DNA of 64,000 nucleotides, taken from Candidatus Latescibacterota bacterium (lineage in GTDB: Bacteria; Latescibacterota; UBA2968). The stretch covers positions 2,144,001-2,208,000 of the forward strand of contig OZ240241.1 of assembly GCA_965198115.1 (NCBI GenBank), in the 5' to 3' direction. This document shows positions 11,254-22,274 of this stretch, piece by piece (within the stretch, counting starts at the first letter, position 1; the number at the start of each line of letters is the position of its first letter). Made by a program: the position numbers and the translations under genes. The notes under the pieces are model-generated. The model did no database searches, was not told the origin of the DNA, and was given only the letters and a program-made list of their open reading frames with translations.

Positions 11254-11893
11254 AGTCATGACCTCCGGCAAAGCCGGAGGCGTGAAAACTTGTGAACCGC
11301 TCAAAGCGGTTGGAAACCAAGCGCCACCTAAAGGTGGCGATTACCTGAAAATGTTGAGCTGGTCGAGACGCCGGTCCTCCCGCTCCTGGTTCTGGATATA
11401 CTCCCGAACCGTCTGTTCATCCTTGCCAACGGTGGAGACCCAGTAGCCTCTTGCCCAGAAATGCTGCCCGGTGAAGTTCGACCTGCGTCCCAGATAGTTC
11501 CGAGCAATGTGAATCGCACTCTTTCCTTTGATGAACCCTACCGTCTGAGCTACTGAGTGCTTCGGCGGGATCGAAATCAACGTGTGCACATGGTCGGATC
11601 GCAGGTGACCCTCTTCCACACGGCATTCCTTCTGTGCGGCCAGATCCCGAATCACCTCCCAGATAGCGACGAATTTCACCATACAACACTTTTCTACGAT
11701 ACTTCCGAACCCAAACAACGTCATACTTGCACTCCCATACCGTGTGACGTAGACTCCTTACGTTGTTCATTAGAGAGCCTTCCTTCCGTGTGCTTTGAGC
11801 GGTCCACGGCAAGGGAGGCTCTTACATATTTCTGGAACTGTCAAACTCTGGGAGTCTCCCCGGCAGAGCCGGGGGCTTACCAAGGTTTAGTTA
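11254..11893 (-). mobile_element. tnpA: IS200-type element; tnpA (11341-11770) frameshifted at ~11660; no tnpB
   Basis: HUH motif DHVH, FWARGY, EYIQNQ; subterminal hairpins CCTCCGGC-AAA-GCCGGAGG and CCCCGGC-AGA-GCCGGGG; exact ends approximate. Confidence 0.85.
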
Positions 11894-12151
11894 GGCTATC
11901 AGGCATCCGAGAAAATCTTGGCCGTCCTGAAGTTCGAAGGCATTCGAGGCAAGGAGGGCATTAGTCTCGGGATCCAGAACAGCAGCGATGTCAAGAGAAT
12001 CACTTACATCAGTCCCTCCATCTCGTTAGGTCCCTTCGATGGAGCACGTGTCGAGACCGGTGTCCGAATCTCCATCAACGGCCAGAACTTCCCCGCCGGC
12101 CCGGTCTGGACCATCGGTCTCACCTATCAAGGCAACCTGCCAGGAATTTGA
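11894..12151 (+). pseudogene. Orphan 3' fragment of a probable outer-membrane beta-barrel protein
   Basis: Amphipathic strands ending ..GQNFPAGPVWTIGLTYQG; no credible start; abuts the IS cluster. Confidence 0.4.
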
Positions 12152-12326
12152 CTTCCCCTCCAATCTCTTGAGTACTACCCGTCATCGCTTAAGTTGGCGT
12201 TGCCTGCTTTTTCCCGAATATTGCCCCAGAGTTTAGAGCCAGAATGAAAAGCGCCCAGGTGCAAAGCACGAGGGCGAGCGCGAAATGTGCGTGGCGCTCG
12301 CCTAGCTGCCTTCAGGAACACTTCAA

Positions 12327-13334
12327 ATGCGTGTCATCTACACCGATCGCCATCGCGACCACGACCCGCCGCACCAGTTCAACGTCGACCATCTCGGGAG
12401 CTATTCGGAATCGCCCGCCCGAGCGAACGCGATCGTCGGCGCGCTGAGATCGGCATCGAAATTCGACGTCGAGCCGCCTCAAGACTACGACATCGAATCC
12501 CTGCATACGGTCCACGACCCGGGTTATGTGTCGTTCTTACAATGCGTCTGGCGTGTTTGGACCGAGCGGGGCAAGACGTCGCCCCTGATCCCCTACACCT
12601 ACGGACATCGATACAGCACCCACATTCCAGCCGACATCGTCCACCAGGCGGGATATTACTGTTTCGATCCACAGACTCCGATCGTGGGAGGCACGTTCGA
12701 TGCCGCCTGGGCGAGCGCGCGGTGCGCACTGACGGCAGCCGATCTCGTGCTTTCTGGAGACGCGGTAGCTTACGCCCTGTGCCGTCCGCCCGGACATCAC
12801 GCCGGCCGCGACGTGTATGGAGGCTACTGTTACCTCAACAACGCTGCGCTTGCCGCTCGACGACAAGGTTCGCGCGTGGCCGTCCTGGACATCGACTACC
12901 ACCACGGGAACGGGACGCAGTCGATCTTCTATGCCGATCCGGATGTCTTTACCGTGTCGATACACGCCGATCCCGACAGGGAATACCCCTTCTACACCGG
13001 TGCCGAATCGGAGATCGGTACCGGCCGAGGGATCGGAACCAACCTAAACTTCGCGCTGCCTTCCGGCGTTGACGACGCCGCCTACCTGGCCACCCTCCAG
13101 CGAGCCCTCGACGCACTCGATCGGTTCGACCCGAGCGTCCTGATCGTTTCAGCCGGGTTTGACATCTACGCGGGAGATCCCCTGGGGGACTTTTGCGTGA
13201 GCCTCGACGGCTTGGGCCGGATCGGGAGCACCATCGATGCCTTCGGGCGGCCGATGGTGATCCTACAGGAGGGGGGCTACCACTCGGAGGACCTCGGCCG
13301 ATGCGCCGAGTGTTTTCTCCAGGCGATGGGCTGA
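12327..13334 (+). CDS. Histone deacetylase family / acetylpolyamine amidohydrolase
   Basis: RPPGHHA, GGYCYLNN, LDIDYHHGNGTQ, SAGFD, QEGGY. Confidence 0.93.
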   Translation: MRVIYTDRHRDHDPPHQFNVDHLGSYSESPARANAIVGALRSASKFDVEPPQDYDIESLHTVHDPGYVSFLQCVWRVWTERGKTSPLIPYTYGHRYSTHIPADIVHQAGYYCFDPQTPIVGGTFDAAWASARCALTAADLVLSGDAVAYALCRPPGHHAGRDVYGGYCYLNNAALAARRQGSRVAVLDIDYHHGNGTQSIFYADPDVFTVSIHADPDREYPFYTGAESEIGTGRGIGTNLNFALPSGVDDAAYLATLQRALDALDRFDPSVLIVSAGFDIYAGDPLGDFCVSLDGLGRIGSTIDAFGRPMVILQEGGYHSEDLGRCAECFLQAMG

Positions 13335-13542
13335 ACGGCGAAACCCGCTACGGGTCAACTGCGTCAAGGTTATTGATAGAAACCAGGGAGCAATCGATCG
13401 TGTTAGAGAACGCGTCATTCACCATCGGGGAAACCTTCTACCGCTCCAGTGTCAACCGGTCCGTTCCAGGGGAGAAGTATGCCCGGACCGGAACGGACGA
13501 TCGATCCTTGACTTGACCTAACCCATTTTTTTGCAAAATGTT

Positions 13543-13577
13543 AAGGCCGCGAGGTTGTCCTCGCGGCCTTTTGTTTT
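13543..13577 (+). terminator. Terminator hairpin immediately upstream of the ABC-F start (possible attenuator)
   Basis: AAGGCCGCGAGG-TTGT-CCTCGCGGCCTT plus TTGTTTT, ending about 12 nt before GTG 13590. Confidence 0.75.
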
Positions 13578-13589
13578 GAGGAATGTGCC

Positions 13590-16500
13590 GTGACCTTACT
13601 CGACATCAACCGCATCTCGAAATCCTATGGACCGATCGAGGTTCTGGACAACATCAGCTTCAAAGTCCAGCGAGGGCAAAACGTGGGGCTCATCGGAGCC
13701 AACGGCTGCGGGAAGTCCACCCTCCTCAAGATCATCGTCGGAGAAATCGAGGCATCTTCAGGCGTCGTCTCGACGCCCTCGGGCACACGGATCGGCTACG
13801 TTTCACAACACCTTCAGGCGGACCCGGATTCGACGGTCCTGACCGAGGTGAGGCGCGCATTCGGGCCGTTGCTCGAGCTCGAATCGCGGCTGGAGCGTGC
13901 AGAGATCTCGCTCAACGATCCGAGCACCGCGTCCGATCCTAACGCCTTGGAAAAGGCGGTGCAAGCCTTTGGCGACTTGCAGGAGCAGTTCCAGCAAGCT
14001 GGGGGCTACGAGATGGACGCGCGGGTCGACGCCGTCATCGACGGCCTCGGACTGACCGAGAGACGCGACCAGACGCTCGGTACGCTCAGCGGTGGAGAGA
14101 AGAACATCGTGGCGCTCGCCCGAACCCTGCTCGAGACCCCGGATCTTCTCCTGCTGGACGAACCGGCCAACCACCTCGACTTCGAGGGTCTTGCGTGGCT
14201 GGAGGGCTTTCTGCAAACGTATGACCGTACGGTGCTGCTCGTTTCACACAACCGATATCTCCTCGACCGAACAGTCACTCGCATCGTCGAAATCGAGAGC
14301 CGTCGAATCGCCGAGTACGAGGGAAACTATTCGAGCTACCGAGCCCAGAAAATGGCTCTATCCGGGTTTCTCAACGGTGAAACTATAGAATGACAAGGTC
14401 ATAGATCGTTCCCTACGCTTGGTTGTGTGTGTAGGACAATCAAAGCGAAGGGGGTGCGACCTATGACCGGGAGCAGATTACTATCGAAACTGCTGAGATT
14501 CAAGGGGGTCCGTGTTGTCAGCTGGTGGTTTGAGGGGAGAAGCTGCTTCGTCATCGCCGTAAAGCCACATAAGAATGGTTGTTGTTGTCCGGAGTGCGGC
14601 CGTCGAGGTAAAATCGTCCGCACAATGCCCCATCCGCGTCGGTGGCGTGACATTCCGGTGTGCGGGTGGAGGGTCTGGCTTCTCTACCATCCTCGGGAGA
14701 TTCGGTGTCCTACCCACGGTCGTGTGGTCGAGGAGATTCCGTGGGCGGAGCGGTTCTCTCGGGTGACGTATCGCTTCGAGTATGCCATGCTGCGCTACTG
14801 CCAGACCATGACGCAGAAGGCGGCGTCCGAGTTACTGCGCATCTCTGCCTCGACGCTGTCGGATCTCCTTCACCGATCCATCACGCGGCTTCGTGAAGGT
14901 CATCGTATCCGAGGGCTCAAAACCATCGGGATCGACGAGATCTCCTACGCCAAGCGTCACAGGTACGCCACGCTCGTTTACGATCTGGACCGCTCCTGCG
15001 TGGTGTGGGTTGGCCGCGGCAGGGCGCGTAAAACGATCGATCGGTTCTTCACAGAGGCTCTCAGTCCCTACCAGAGATCCAAGATCGAGTGGGCCTGCTG
15101 CGACATGAGCGAAGCTTACATCGGAGCCATCCAGGAACACTGTCCGAATGCCAAGCTGGTCCTCGATCGCTTTCACATCGTCAAGGCTCTCAATGCCGCC
15201 GTTGACGAGGTCCGTAAGGACCAGTGGCGTGAAGCTGCCCCGGATGAGCGCAAAGCCATGAAGGGCCTCCGATGGCTCCTCTACCGGCACTCAGCGACAC
15301 GCTCCAGAGGGGATACTCGGACACTCAAAGCACTGGAGAAGGCGAACTACCGAATCTATAGAGCCTGGAGACTCAAGGACGAGTTCGAGCAGTTCTGGGA
15401 ATACAAAGCGCCCTGGGCTGCCGAACGCTTCCTGAAATGCTGGACGACGTCCGCACTCAGAAGTCGACTTGAACCCCTGCGAAAGTTCGTCAGGACCCTG
15501 CGACAGCACTTCTTCGGCGTCCTCGCATTCGTGAACACGCGTCTTACCAACGCCATCGCCGAAGGCCTCAACCGAATCGTCCAAATCGTCAAGAACCGAG
15601 CCAGCGGATTCCGCACACTCGACGCATTCAACGATATGATCTTCCTTACCGTCGGAGACATAAACATCCCTGAGCAGATTCCGAAGAGGTTCCGCACACG
15701 CTAACCGCGCCCCCATGCCAGGAACCACGGCACCTTCACCCACTTCAGCTCGTTGAGAGATCCGGATATAGCCCAGAAAATGCGGGCACTGATCAAGCAG
15801 AAGCAGGCCTACGAGGATCAGCAGAAGGAGATTCGCCGACTGGAGGATATGATTCGCAGGTTCGAACACTGGGCGCACATCGTCGACAACCCGCGACACG
15901 CACGTCAAGCGCGAAACAAGCAGAAGTTTCTGGACCGAATGGATAAAATCGATCGTCCGACGCTCGATGGGGGCAAGATCGACCCACGCTTCACGATCGA
16001 TCAGCGGCAGGGAAGAATCGCCCTCGAGATTCGAAACTGTACCGTCGGCTATCCCGGACAGGCCCCGCTGCTGGACCGCGTCGGTCTCGACCTCGCCTAT
16101 GGCGACCGAGTCGCCCTGATCGGCGCCAACGGAACCGGCAAGTCCACCCTCTTCAAGCGGATCGTGACCGAAGCCGCTTGGGAGAACACCACGCTTCGAA
16201 TCGGACCCAGGACCCGCGTCGGCTACTATGCTCAAGAGCACGAAACGCTGAATTTCGACCGCTCCGTGCTCGAAGAGATTCAATTGGCCGGCAACTTCTC
16301 ACGCGATTCGGCTTTCACTGTCCTCTCACGATTCCTGTTTGAGTGGCGGGATATGGATCGTAAGATTTCTGAGTTGAGCGGCGGCGAAAAGAGCCGCGTC
16401 CAGCTGGCGAAGCTTTCAGTCATGAACGTCAACCTGCTGCTCCTGGACGAACCCACGAACCATCTGGACGTTCACGCAAGGGAACGCGTGGAAGAGGCCC

Positions 16501-16862
16501 TCGAAGCCTTCGAGAGAACCCTCTTCGTCATCTCTCACGATCGGTACTTTCTCGATCGTATCGTCGACCGTATCGTCGAGATTCAGCCACCCCACTTCGT
16601 CGAGTTCGCCGGTAACTTCAGTGCCTATTGGGAAAGACACCGGACAGATAGGCCGGGGCAAGACCGTCAGCTCCCGTCAGATGTCGATGGACGGACCGAC
16701 GAGGTCGAGCGACAGGTCGATGCACTCGAGGCCGAACGCCTTATCCTCGAATCACAGTTGGTCGAAGCCTTTCGTAAGGCAAATTACAGACGAGGCGAAC
16801 AGCTCAGCAGAAAGGTTCGCCTGATCGAAGAGAGAATCGATTCCCTCGTCGCCCAGATCTAA
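13590..16862 (+). pseudogene. ABC-F family ATPase (ribosome-protection-like) interrupted by ISL3
   Basis: Two ABC cassettes (GANGCGKS/LSGGE/DEPANHLD; GANGTGKS/LSGGE/DEPTNHLD), no TM segments; halves rejoin at TSD CAGAAAAT in the linker. Confidence 0.92.
14354..15773 (+). mobile_element. ISL3 copy 2 (1420 bp, intact transposase 14427-15704)
   Basis: Same IRs; TSD CAGAAAAT. Confidence 0.95.
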
Positions 16863-16873
16863 CGGACGACGAA

Positions 16874-18622
16874 TTGAACATCGCCTACCACCAATACCGT
16901 TCGGTCCTCGTCGAGCAACTCGGGCCACAAAAAGGACGTGTCGTCCTCCTCGCAGCCCTGATGTTCGCCAGCATCGCCGCTCAACTGATCAACCCCCAGA
17001 TCATCCGTCACTTCATCGATCTTACGCAGACCTCCGTAGAGCTTCGCCAGCTCATGAACGCGGCGGGCGCGTTTATCCTGATCGCGCTCGCACATCAGAC
17101 CCTCGAGACCGTCGCCACCTACGTGAGTGAAGTGATCAGCTGGACCTCCACGAACAGCCTGAGAGCGAAGCTCGTTCGTCACTGCCTGGGTCTGGACATG
17201 GCTTTTCACAACGACCACACACCCGGAGAGATGATCGAACGTGTCGATGGAGATGTGAACGCCCTCGGAAACTTCCTCTCGAGCTTCATCATACAGATTC
17301 TCGGTAACATCCTCCTCATGTTCGGAGTCCTGGCGATGCTGTTCCGGGAAGACTGGCGTGCGGGCGCCGCAATGCTGGCTGTGATCGTCGTGGCAATCAC
17401 CATCCTCGGCCTTCTTCGAAACATTGCAGTCCCCCACTGGGCAGCCTCTCGACAGGCAAGTGCAGATCTGTTCGGATTCCTTGAAGAACGGCTGGCCGGC
17501 ACCGAAGACATCAGGGCTTGCAACGGGAAGCTTTTCGTCCTCCGTCGATTCTACGAGCTCACAAGAGCGTGGTATAAACGAGAAGTCAAAGCCGCGCTCA
17601 TGATGAACATCGTCTTCAACACCTCTCTCCTGCTGCTCGTCATCGCCACTTCGGCGGCGCTTGCTACGGGCGCCTATCTTTATTTGGAGGGATCCCTGAC
17701 CATCGGGGGTGTCTATTTACTCGCGCACTACACGCATATGCTGGTCCAACCGGTCCAGCGACTGTCGAGCCAGCTGCAGGACCTGCAGCGAGCCGGCGCC
17801 AGCATCGGCCGAATCGGGGAACTTTTCGAGACTCGATCCTCGCTGGTCGAAGTCGGCGTCACGAAGCTTCCGGCAGGGCCGTTGAGCGTGACCCTCGAGC
17901 ACGTAGACTTCGGCTATCAGAAAGACGAACAGGTCCTCGACGGTGTGACCTTCGATCTGCCCGCAGGAACGACGCTCGGTGTCCTCGGCCGAACGGGAAG
18001 CGGCAAGACCACGATCTCGAGGCTCATCTCGAGACTCTACGATCCGTGGGCGGGTACGGTTCGCATCGGCGGCGTCGACGTGAAAGAGACCACGGCACCC
18101 GATCGAAGCGATCGTATCGCAGTCGTCACACAAAATGTCCAGATGTTTCAAGCGAGCATCCGTGACAACCTCACCCTCTTCGATCCTGCCATCGCGGATG
18201 ATCGGATTCACGAAACGCTGTCGCAGCTCGGATTGAGGACTTGGATGGAAACCCTTCCGGATGGACTCGACACCGTCGTCTCCTCCGGCGGCGAGGGTCT
18301 GTCCGCCGGACAGGGTCAGCTGCTCGCGTTCGCGAGAGTCCTCCTCCTCAAGACCCCGGACCTCGTCATCCTCGACGAGGCATCGTCGCGACTCGATCCC
18401 GCTACCGAGCAGCTCGTCGAGCAGAGCGTCGATCGTCTACTCGAGGGACGCACGTCCATCATCATCGCTCACCGCCTCTCCACTCTACAGCGGACGGACC
18501 GCGTGATGATCATCGACGAAGGGACGGTCGTCGAGCACGGGGACCGTGCCACGCTCGCGGCTGACGCTTCGAGTCGGTTCCATTCCCTCCTCAAGACAGG
18601 GCTCGAAGATGTCCTCGCCTGA
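16874..18622 (+). CDS. ABC exporter, fused TMD-NBD subunit
   Basis: TM helices plus GRTGSGKT, LSAGQ, LDEA, IAHRL. Confidence 0.92.
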   Translation: MNIAYHQYRSVLVEQLGPQKGRVVLLAALMFASIAAQLINPQIIRHFIDLTQTSVELRQLMNAAGAFILIALAHQTLETVATYVSEVISWTSTNSLRAKLVRHCLGLDMAFHNDHTPGEMIERVDGDVNALGNFLSSFIIQILGNILLMFGVLAMLFREDWRAGAAMLAVIVVAITILGLLRNIAVPHWAASRQASADLFGFLEERLAGTEDIRACNGKLFVLRRFYELTRAWYKREVKAALMMNIVFNTSLLLLVIATSAALATGAYLYLEGSLTIGGVYLLAHYTHMLVQPVQRLSSQLQDLQRAGASIGRIGELFETRSSLVEVGVTKLPAGPLSVTLEHVDFGYQKDEQVLDGVTFDLPAGTTLGVLGRTGSGKTTISRLISRLYDPWAGTVRIGGVDVKETTAPDRSDRIAVVTQNVQMFQASIRDNLTLFDPAIADDRIHETLSQLGLRTWMETLPDGLDTVVSSGGEGLSAGQGQLLAFARVLLLKTPDLVILDEASSRLDPATEQLVEQSVDRLLEGRTSIIIAHRLSTLQRTDRVMIIDEGTVVEHGDRATLAADASSRFHSLLKTGLEDVLA

Positions 18623-20396
18623 GCGAACTTTGCAGACACACCAGCACCTCCTGCATCTGCTTCGCTATCAGCCCGGTCGTTACCTGTTCATGACCGCGAC
18701 GCGGGTTATCATTTTCATGGCCCTTCCCCAGGCCCTGGGATTTCTCACACACCAGTTTTTCGACGGTCTGACCGGATCCGCTGCGATCTCGTTCTCACCG
18801 TATGCCATTTGCGCATTTATGGTCGCTGCAGGAGTCGCTCGATCTTGCTTCATCTTCATCGATATCCCGAACCACTTCGCCGCCCAGTTCCAGGCCGGCG
18901 CGCTCTTGCGCAAGAACCTGATGTCTGCTGTTTTGGATCGACCCGGCGCGAATGCCCTGCCCGATTCGACCGGCGAGGCCATCAGCCGATTCAGGGGCGA
19001 CGTCGATCAGGTCACGAACTATGTGTCGCAGTTGCCGTTCCAGGTCGGCAACATCCTCTTTGCCGTCGTCGCGTTCTACGTCATGCTGCAGATCCACGCC
19101 ACAGTGTCGCTCGTCGTGTTCCTTCCCTTCCTACTGACGATTGTGATTCTGAATTACACACTGCATCGCGTGCGGCGGTTCCGACAGGCCAGCCGAGAGG
19201 CTGCCGGCCACGTCACCGGATTTATCGGAGAGATCTTCGAGGACGCGCTTACAATCAAACTCGCGAACGCTCACGATCGCATCGTGACTCGACTGGAGGA
19301 TCTGAACGCGGATCGACGGCGCCTCACCGTTCGAGACAGGCTCTTCAACCGGGTCGTCGACTCGCTCATCTGGAACACGACGAACATCGGCACGGGTCTC
19401 GTCTTAGTTCTCGTGGGCAGCGCCATGCAGGACGGCACGTTTACCGTCGGCGACTTTGCGCTGTTCGTCTATTACCTGGGGTTCACCTCCATGGTCGTTC
19501 AGGGGTCGGCCAGAACGATTGCTCAATACAAGCAGGCCGATGTTGCCATCGACCGGCTCCACACGCTCCTGAAAGAAGACCCGCAGGAGAGACTAACCGA
19601 ACACAGCCCGGTCTACCTAAAGGGGAATCTGCCCGACATCCCTTCCCTGCCTCCCCGCGGCGAGGACGGACTCACCAGCCTCCGGGCCGAAGGATTGACC
19701 TATCACTTCCCCGACTCCAAAAACGGAATCACCAACCTTGATCTGGAAATAGAGCCCGGCACCTTTACAGTCGTCACGGGTCGGATCGGATCGGGCAAGA
19801 CGACATTGCTCCGAGTCCTGCTCGGTCTGCTACCGCGTGATGCTGGAGCCATTCTCTGGAACGATCGTGTGATCGAGGATCCAGCGAGCCATTTCGTGCC
19901 ACCCCGGTGTGCGTATACGAGTCAGGTTCCCAGCCTCTTCAGCGATACGATGAGAGACAACATCCTCCTGGGATTGCCCGAAGAAACCGTTGACCTTGCG
20001 GGAGCCGTTCAGCTGGCCCAGCTCGAAGACGATCTCGCAGAGCTCGAAGAGGGCCTCGACACGCTCGTCGGAACCCGGGGCGTCAAACTTTCCGGGGGTC
20101 AGGTTCAGCGGACGGCCGCGGCGCGTATGCTTGTTCGATCTCCTGAATTTCTCGTCTTCGACGACCTCTCCAGCGCGCTCGACGTCGAAACGGAGAGGCA
20201 ACTCTGGCAGGGATTGTTCGCCAGTCAAGACCGGGCGACCACGTGCCTCGTGGTGTCACATCGCCGCCCCGCACTCCGGCGGGCGGACCAGATTCTTCTC
20301 CTCGCGCACGGCAAGCTGCTCGCTTCGGGGGACCTCGATCAGCTTCTCGAGAACCACGAGGAAATGCGACGGCTATGGGCGGGAGACGTGACGTAA
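18609..20396 (+). CDS. ABC exporter, fused TMD-NBD partner subunit (heterodimer)
   Basis: TM helices plus GRIGSGKT, LSGGQ, FDD, VSHR; overlaps previous stop. Confidence 0.92.
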   Translation: MSSPERTLQTHQHLLHLLRYQPGRYLFMTATRVIIFMALPQALGFLTHQFFDGLTGSAAISFSPYAICAFMVAAGVARSCFIFIDIPNHFAAQFQAGALLRKNLMSAVLDRPGANALPDSTGEAISRFRGDVDQVTNYVSQLPFQVGNILFAVVAFYVMLQIHATVSLVVFLPFLLTIVILNYTLHRVRRFRQASREAAGHVTGFIGEIFEDALTIKLANAHDRIVTRLEDLNADRRRLTVRDRLFNRVVDSLIWNTTNIGTGLVLVLVGSAMQDGTFTVGDFALFVYYLGFTSMVVQGSARTIAQYKQADVAIDRLHTLLKEDPQERLTEHSPVYLKGNLPDIPSLPPRGEDGLTSLRAEGLTYHFPDSKNGITNLDLEIEPGTFTVVTGRIGSGKTTLLRVLLGLLPRDAGAILWNDRVIEDPASHFVPPRCAYTSQVPSLFSDTMRDNILLGLPEETVDLAGAVQLAQLEDDLAELEEGLDTLVGTRGVKLSGGQVQRTAAARMLVRSPEFLVFDDLSSALDVETERQLWQGLFASQDRATTCLVVSHRRPALRRADQILLLAHGKLLASGDLDQLLENHEEMRRLWAGDVT

Positions 20397-20497
20397 CGGG
20401 CCGCCGGAAAACCGATGCCGCTTGACTTGACCCGGTTCACACCAGATAATCGTTCCGATGCCTCCGTCGACCCCACACTCCGATTGAATAGGACTCG

Positions 20498-21258
20498 ATG
20501 AGCGAATCGCAGGCAGAAGTCGAGCGACTCAGGGCCGAACTGGATCGGCTGCGCACGGAGTTCAGCGAAAACGTACGCCGCGAAAATACCCGTGTGCTTC
20601 GCGAGGTTGCCAATGGGATCAGCCACAACCTGAACAACCTCCTGACGGGTGTCCTCCTTCAGGCAGAACTCATCGAATCTGTCGCGCAGGAGCCCGAAGT
20701 CCAGGAATGCATCAAGGACATTCTGCGAAACGGGCGGCGTGCTGCCGACCTCATCAACCGACTCTCTCTCTCGCTGCGCGAAGACACCGTCGACGCTCCG
20801 GAGAGCATCAGTGCCAACGCCATCATCCACGAGGCCATCGAGGCCACGCAGCCCAACGGGCTCGACGAAGCCGAGCGACGTGGCCTTACCATCACTTTTG
20901 AACACACGCAGGAGGAGCTTCCCCCTATCCTGGCCACACGGACGCTTCTCCTCAATATGCTCGTCGACTTGATTCGCAACGCCATCGAGGCGATGCCCGA
21001 GGGCGGCACCATCGCCATCGCGACCCGACGCGAAGGTCGTCGTATCTGTCTGAGTGTAGCCGACGAGGGTGTCGGAATGGATGCCGACACCGTGCTGCGA
21101 GCTCCCAATCCGTTCTTCACAACGAAAAAGACCGTGGGCGCTGGCCTCGGGCTTTCAACCGTGAGTGGTATCCTCGCCCGTTGGGGTGCCTCGACATCCA
21201 GAGCAAGCAGGACAGCGGCACCACCGTCTCCCTCTTCCTCCCCGTGTCTTCAGAATGA
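20498..21258 (+). pseudogene. Cytoplasmic histidine kinase (HisKA-HATPase), frameshift at ~21188
   Basis: GISHNLNNLL, RNAIEAM, DEGVGM, FFTTK, GLGLS; normal tail LDIQSKQDSGTTVSLFLP lies in another frame. Confidence 0.8.
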
Positions 21259-21323
21259 GCAACCCCTCCTCCCACCACGCGAGACTGAAACGCCGATCCA
21301 ACCACACCCGCCAGGGAGACCCC

Positions 21324-21719
21324 GTGTCCGGATACACGACTGCCGTCAACGACTTCACACGCGCCTGCAAGGACAACCTGCCCACCCATCCCGTCCTGAT
21401 CGGCGAGGAGCGGATCGCTTTCATTCGTCAGATGGTCAACGACGAGATGGAAGAGCTGGAACAGGCCGAAACCGTCCACGACCAGGCCGACGCCCTGGTC
21501 GACGCGATCTACTACATCTGTGACTTCGCCGCCACCCACGGAATCAATCTGGACCCCGTGTTCGAAATCGTGCATCAAGCGAACATGCAAAAGGTCGTCG
21601 ACGGGAAGGTCATCAGACGCGTCGATGGAAAGATCCTTAAACCGGAAGGTTGGCAGGACCCCGGTCCGAAGGTGGAGGCGGAGCTGCAACGCCAGATGGA
21701 CCGAGGATCTTTCAACTGA
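21324..21719 (+). CDS. All-alpha NTP pyrophosphatase (PRA-PH/MazG-like)
   Basis: DEMEEL..ADALVDAIY..VHQANMQK..DGKILKP; SD AGGGAG before GTG. Confidence 0.8.
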   Translation: MSGYTTAVNDFTRACKDNLPTHPVLIGEERIAFIRQMVNDEMEELEQAETVHDQADALVDAIYYICDFAATHGINLDPVFEIVHQANMQKVVDGKVIRRVDGKILKPEGWQDPGPKVEAELQRQMDRGSFN

Positions 21720-21775
21720 AACAACAGTTGGTGATGGAATGACGAAGGTGAACAGCAACGGCCAAGAGGTCACCC

Positions 21776-22195
21776 ATGATTGAGAGCAACCAGGTCCTGG
21801 TTCAGGCTTTTCGTGACACGGCGGATCGACTCGCTTCCGGAGCGCGTTACGAGTGGGGTCACATGGGGCGATGCAATTGTGGTCATCTTGTCCAGACGCT
21901 GACCCACATGACCGATGTCGAAATCGCCCGGTCCGTCGACTACGACCTGAACGAATGGACGGAGCACGCGAAAGATTATTGCGAGGGCACGGGGTCGAAG
22001 GTGCAGGACCTCTTCGACACGCTCGGAGACTTCGGCCTGAGTCACGAAGACCTGCGCCATCTCGAGCATCTCTCCGATCGACGTGTGTTGCGCCGGCTGG
22101 GGTTACGTGGCCACACACTTCGGCGGAACGACGTCCAGGACGTCACCCTCTACATGCGAACGATGGCTCGGGTGTTGGAAGATGTCGGTGCCTGA
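21776..22195 (+). CDS. Hypothetical protein with HMGRCNCGH motif
   Basis: ORF with SD GAGG, followed by a hairpin. Confidence 0.7.
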   Translation: MIESNQVLVQAFRDTADRLASGARYEWGHMGRCNCGHLVQTLTHMTDVEIARSVDYDLNEWTEHAKDYCEGTGSKVQDLFDTLGDFGLSHEDLRHLEHLSDRRVLRRLGLRGHTLRRNDVQDVTLYMRTMARVLEDVGA

Positions 22196-22215
22196 CCCGA
22201 ATCGGCCAACTCAGT

Positions 22216-22251
22216 AAAAGAGCGCGTCTTCCGATTCGGGAGACGCGCTCT
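22216..22251. terminator. Hairpin between convergent genes
   Basis: AGAGCGCGTCTTCC..GGGAGACGCGCTCT. Confidence 0.65.
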
Positions 22252-22274
22252 ATCGTAGTGATCGTCCTTCGGAT

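Noticed and set aside
11254-11893. IS605-type RNA-guided TnpB system
   Set aside because: Only a frameshifted tnpA lies between the two hairpins; no room for tnpB
6588-15773. Composite transposon formed by ISL3 pairs
   Set aside because: Each copy has its own TSD, so the insertions are independent
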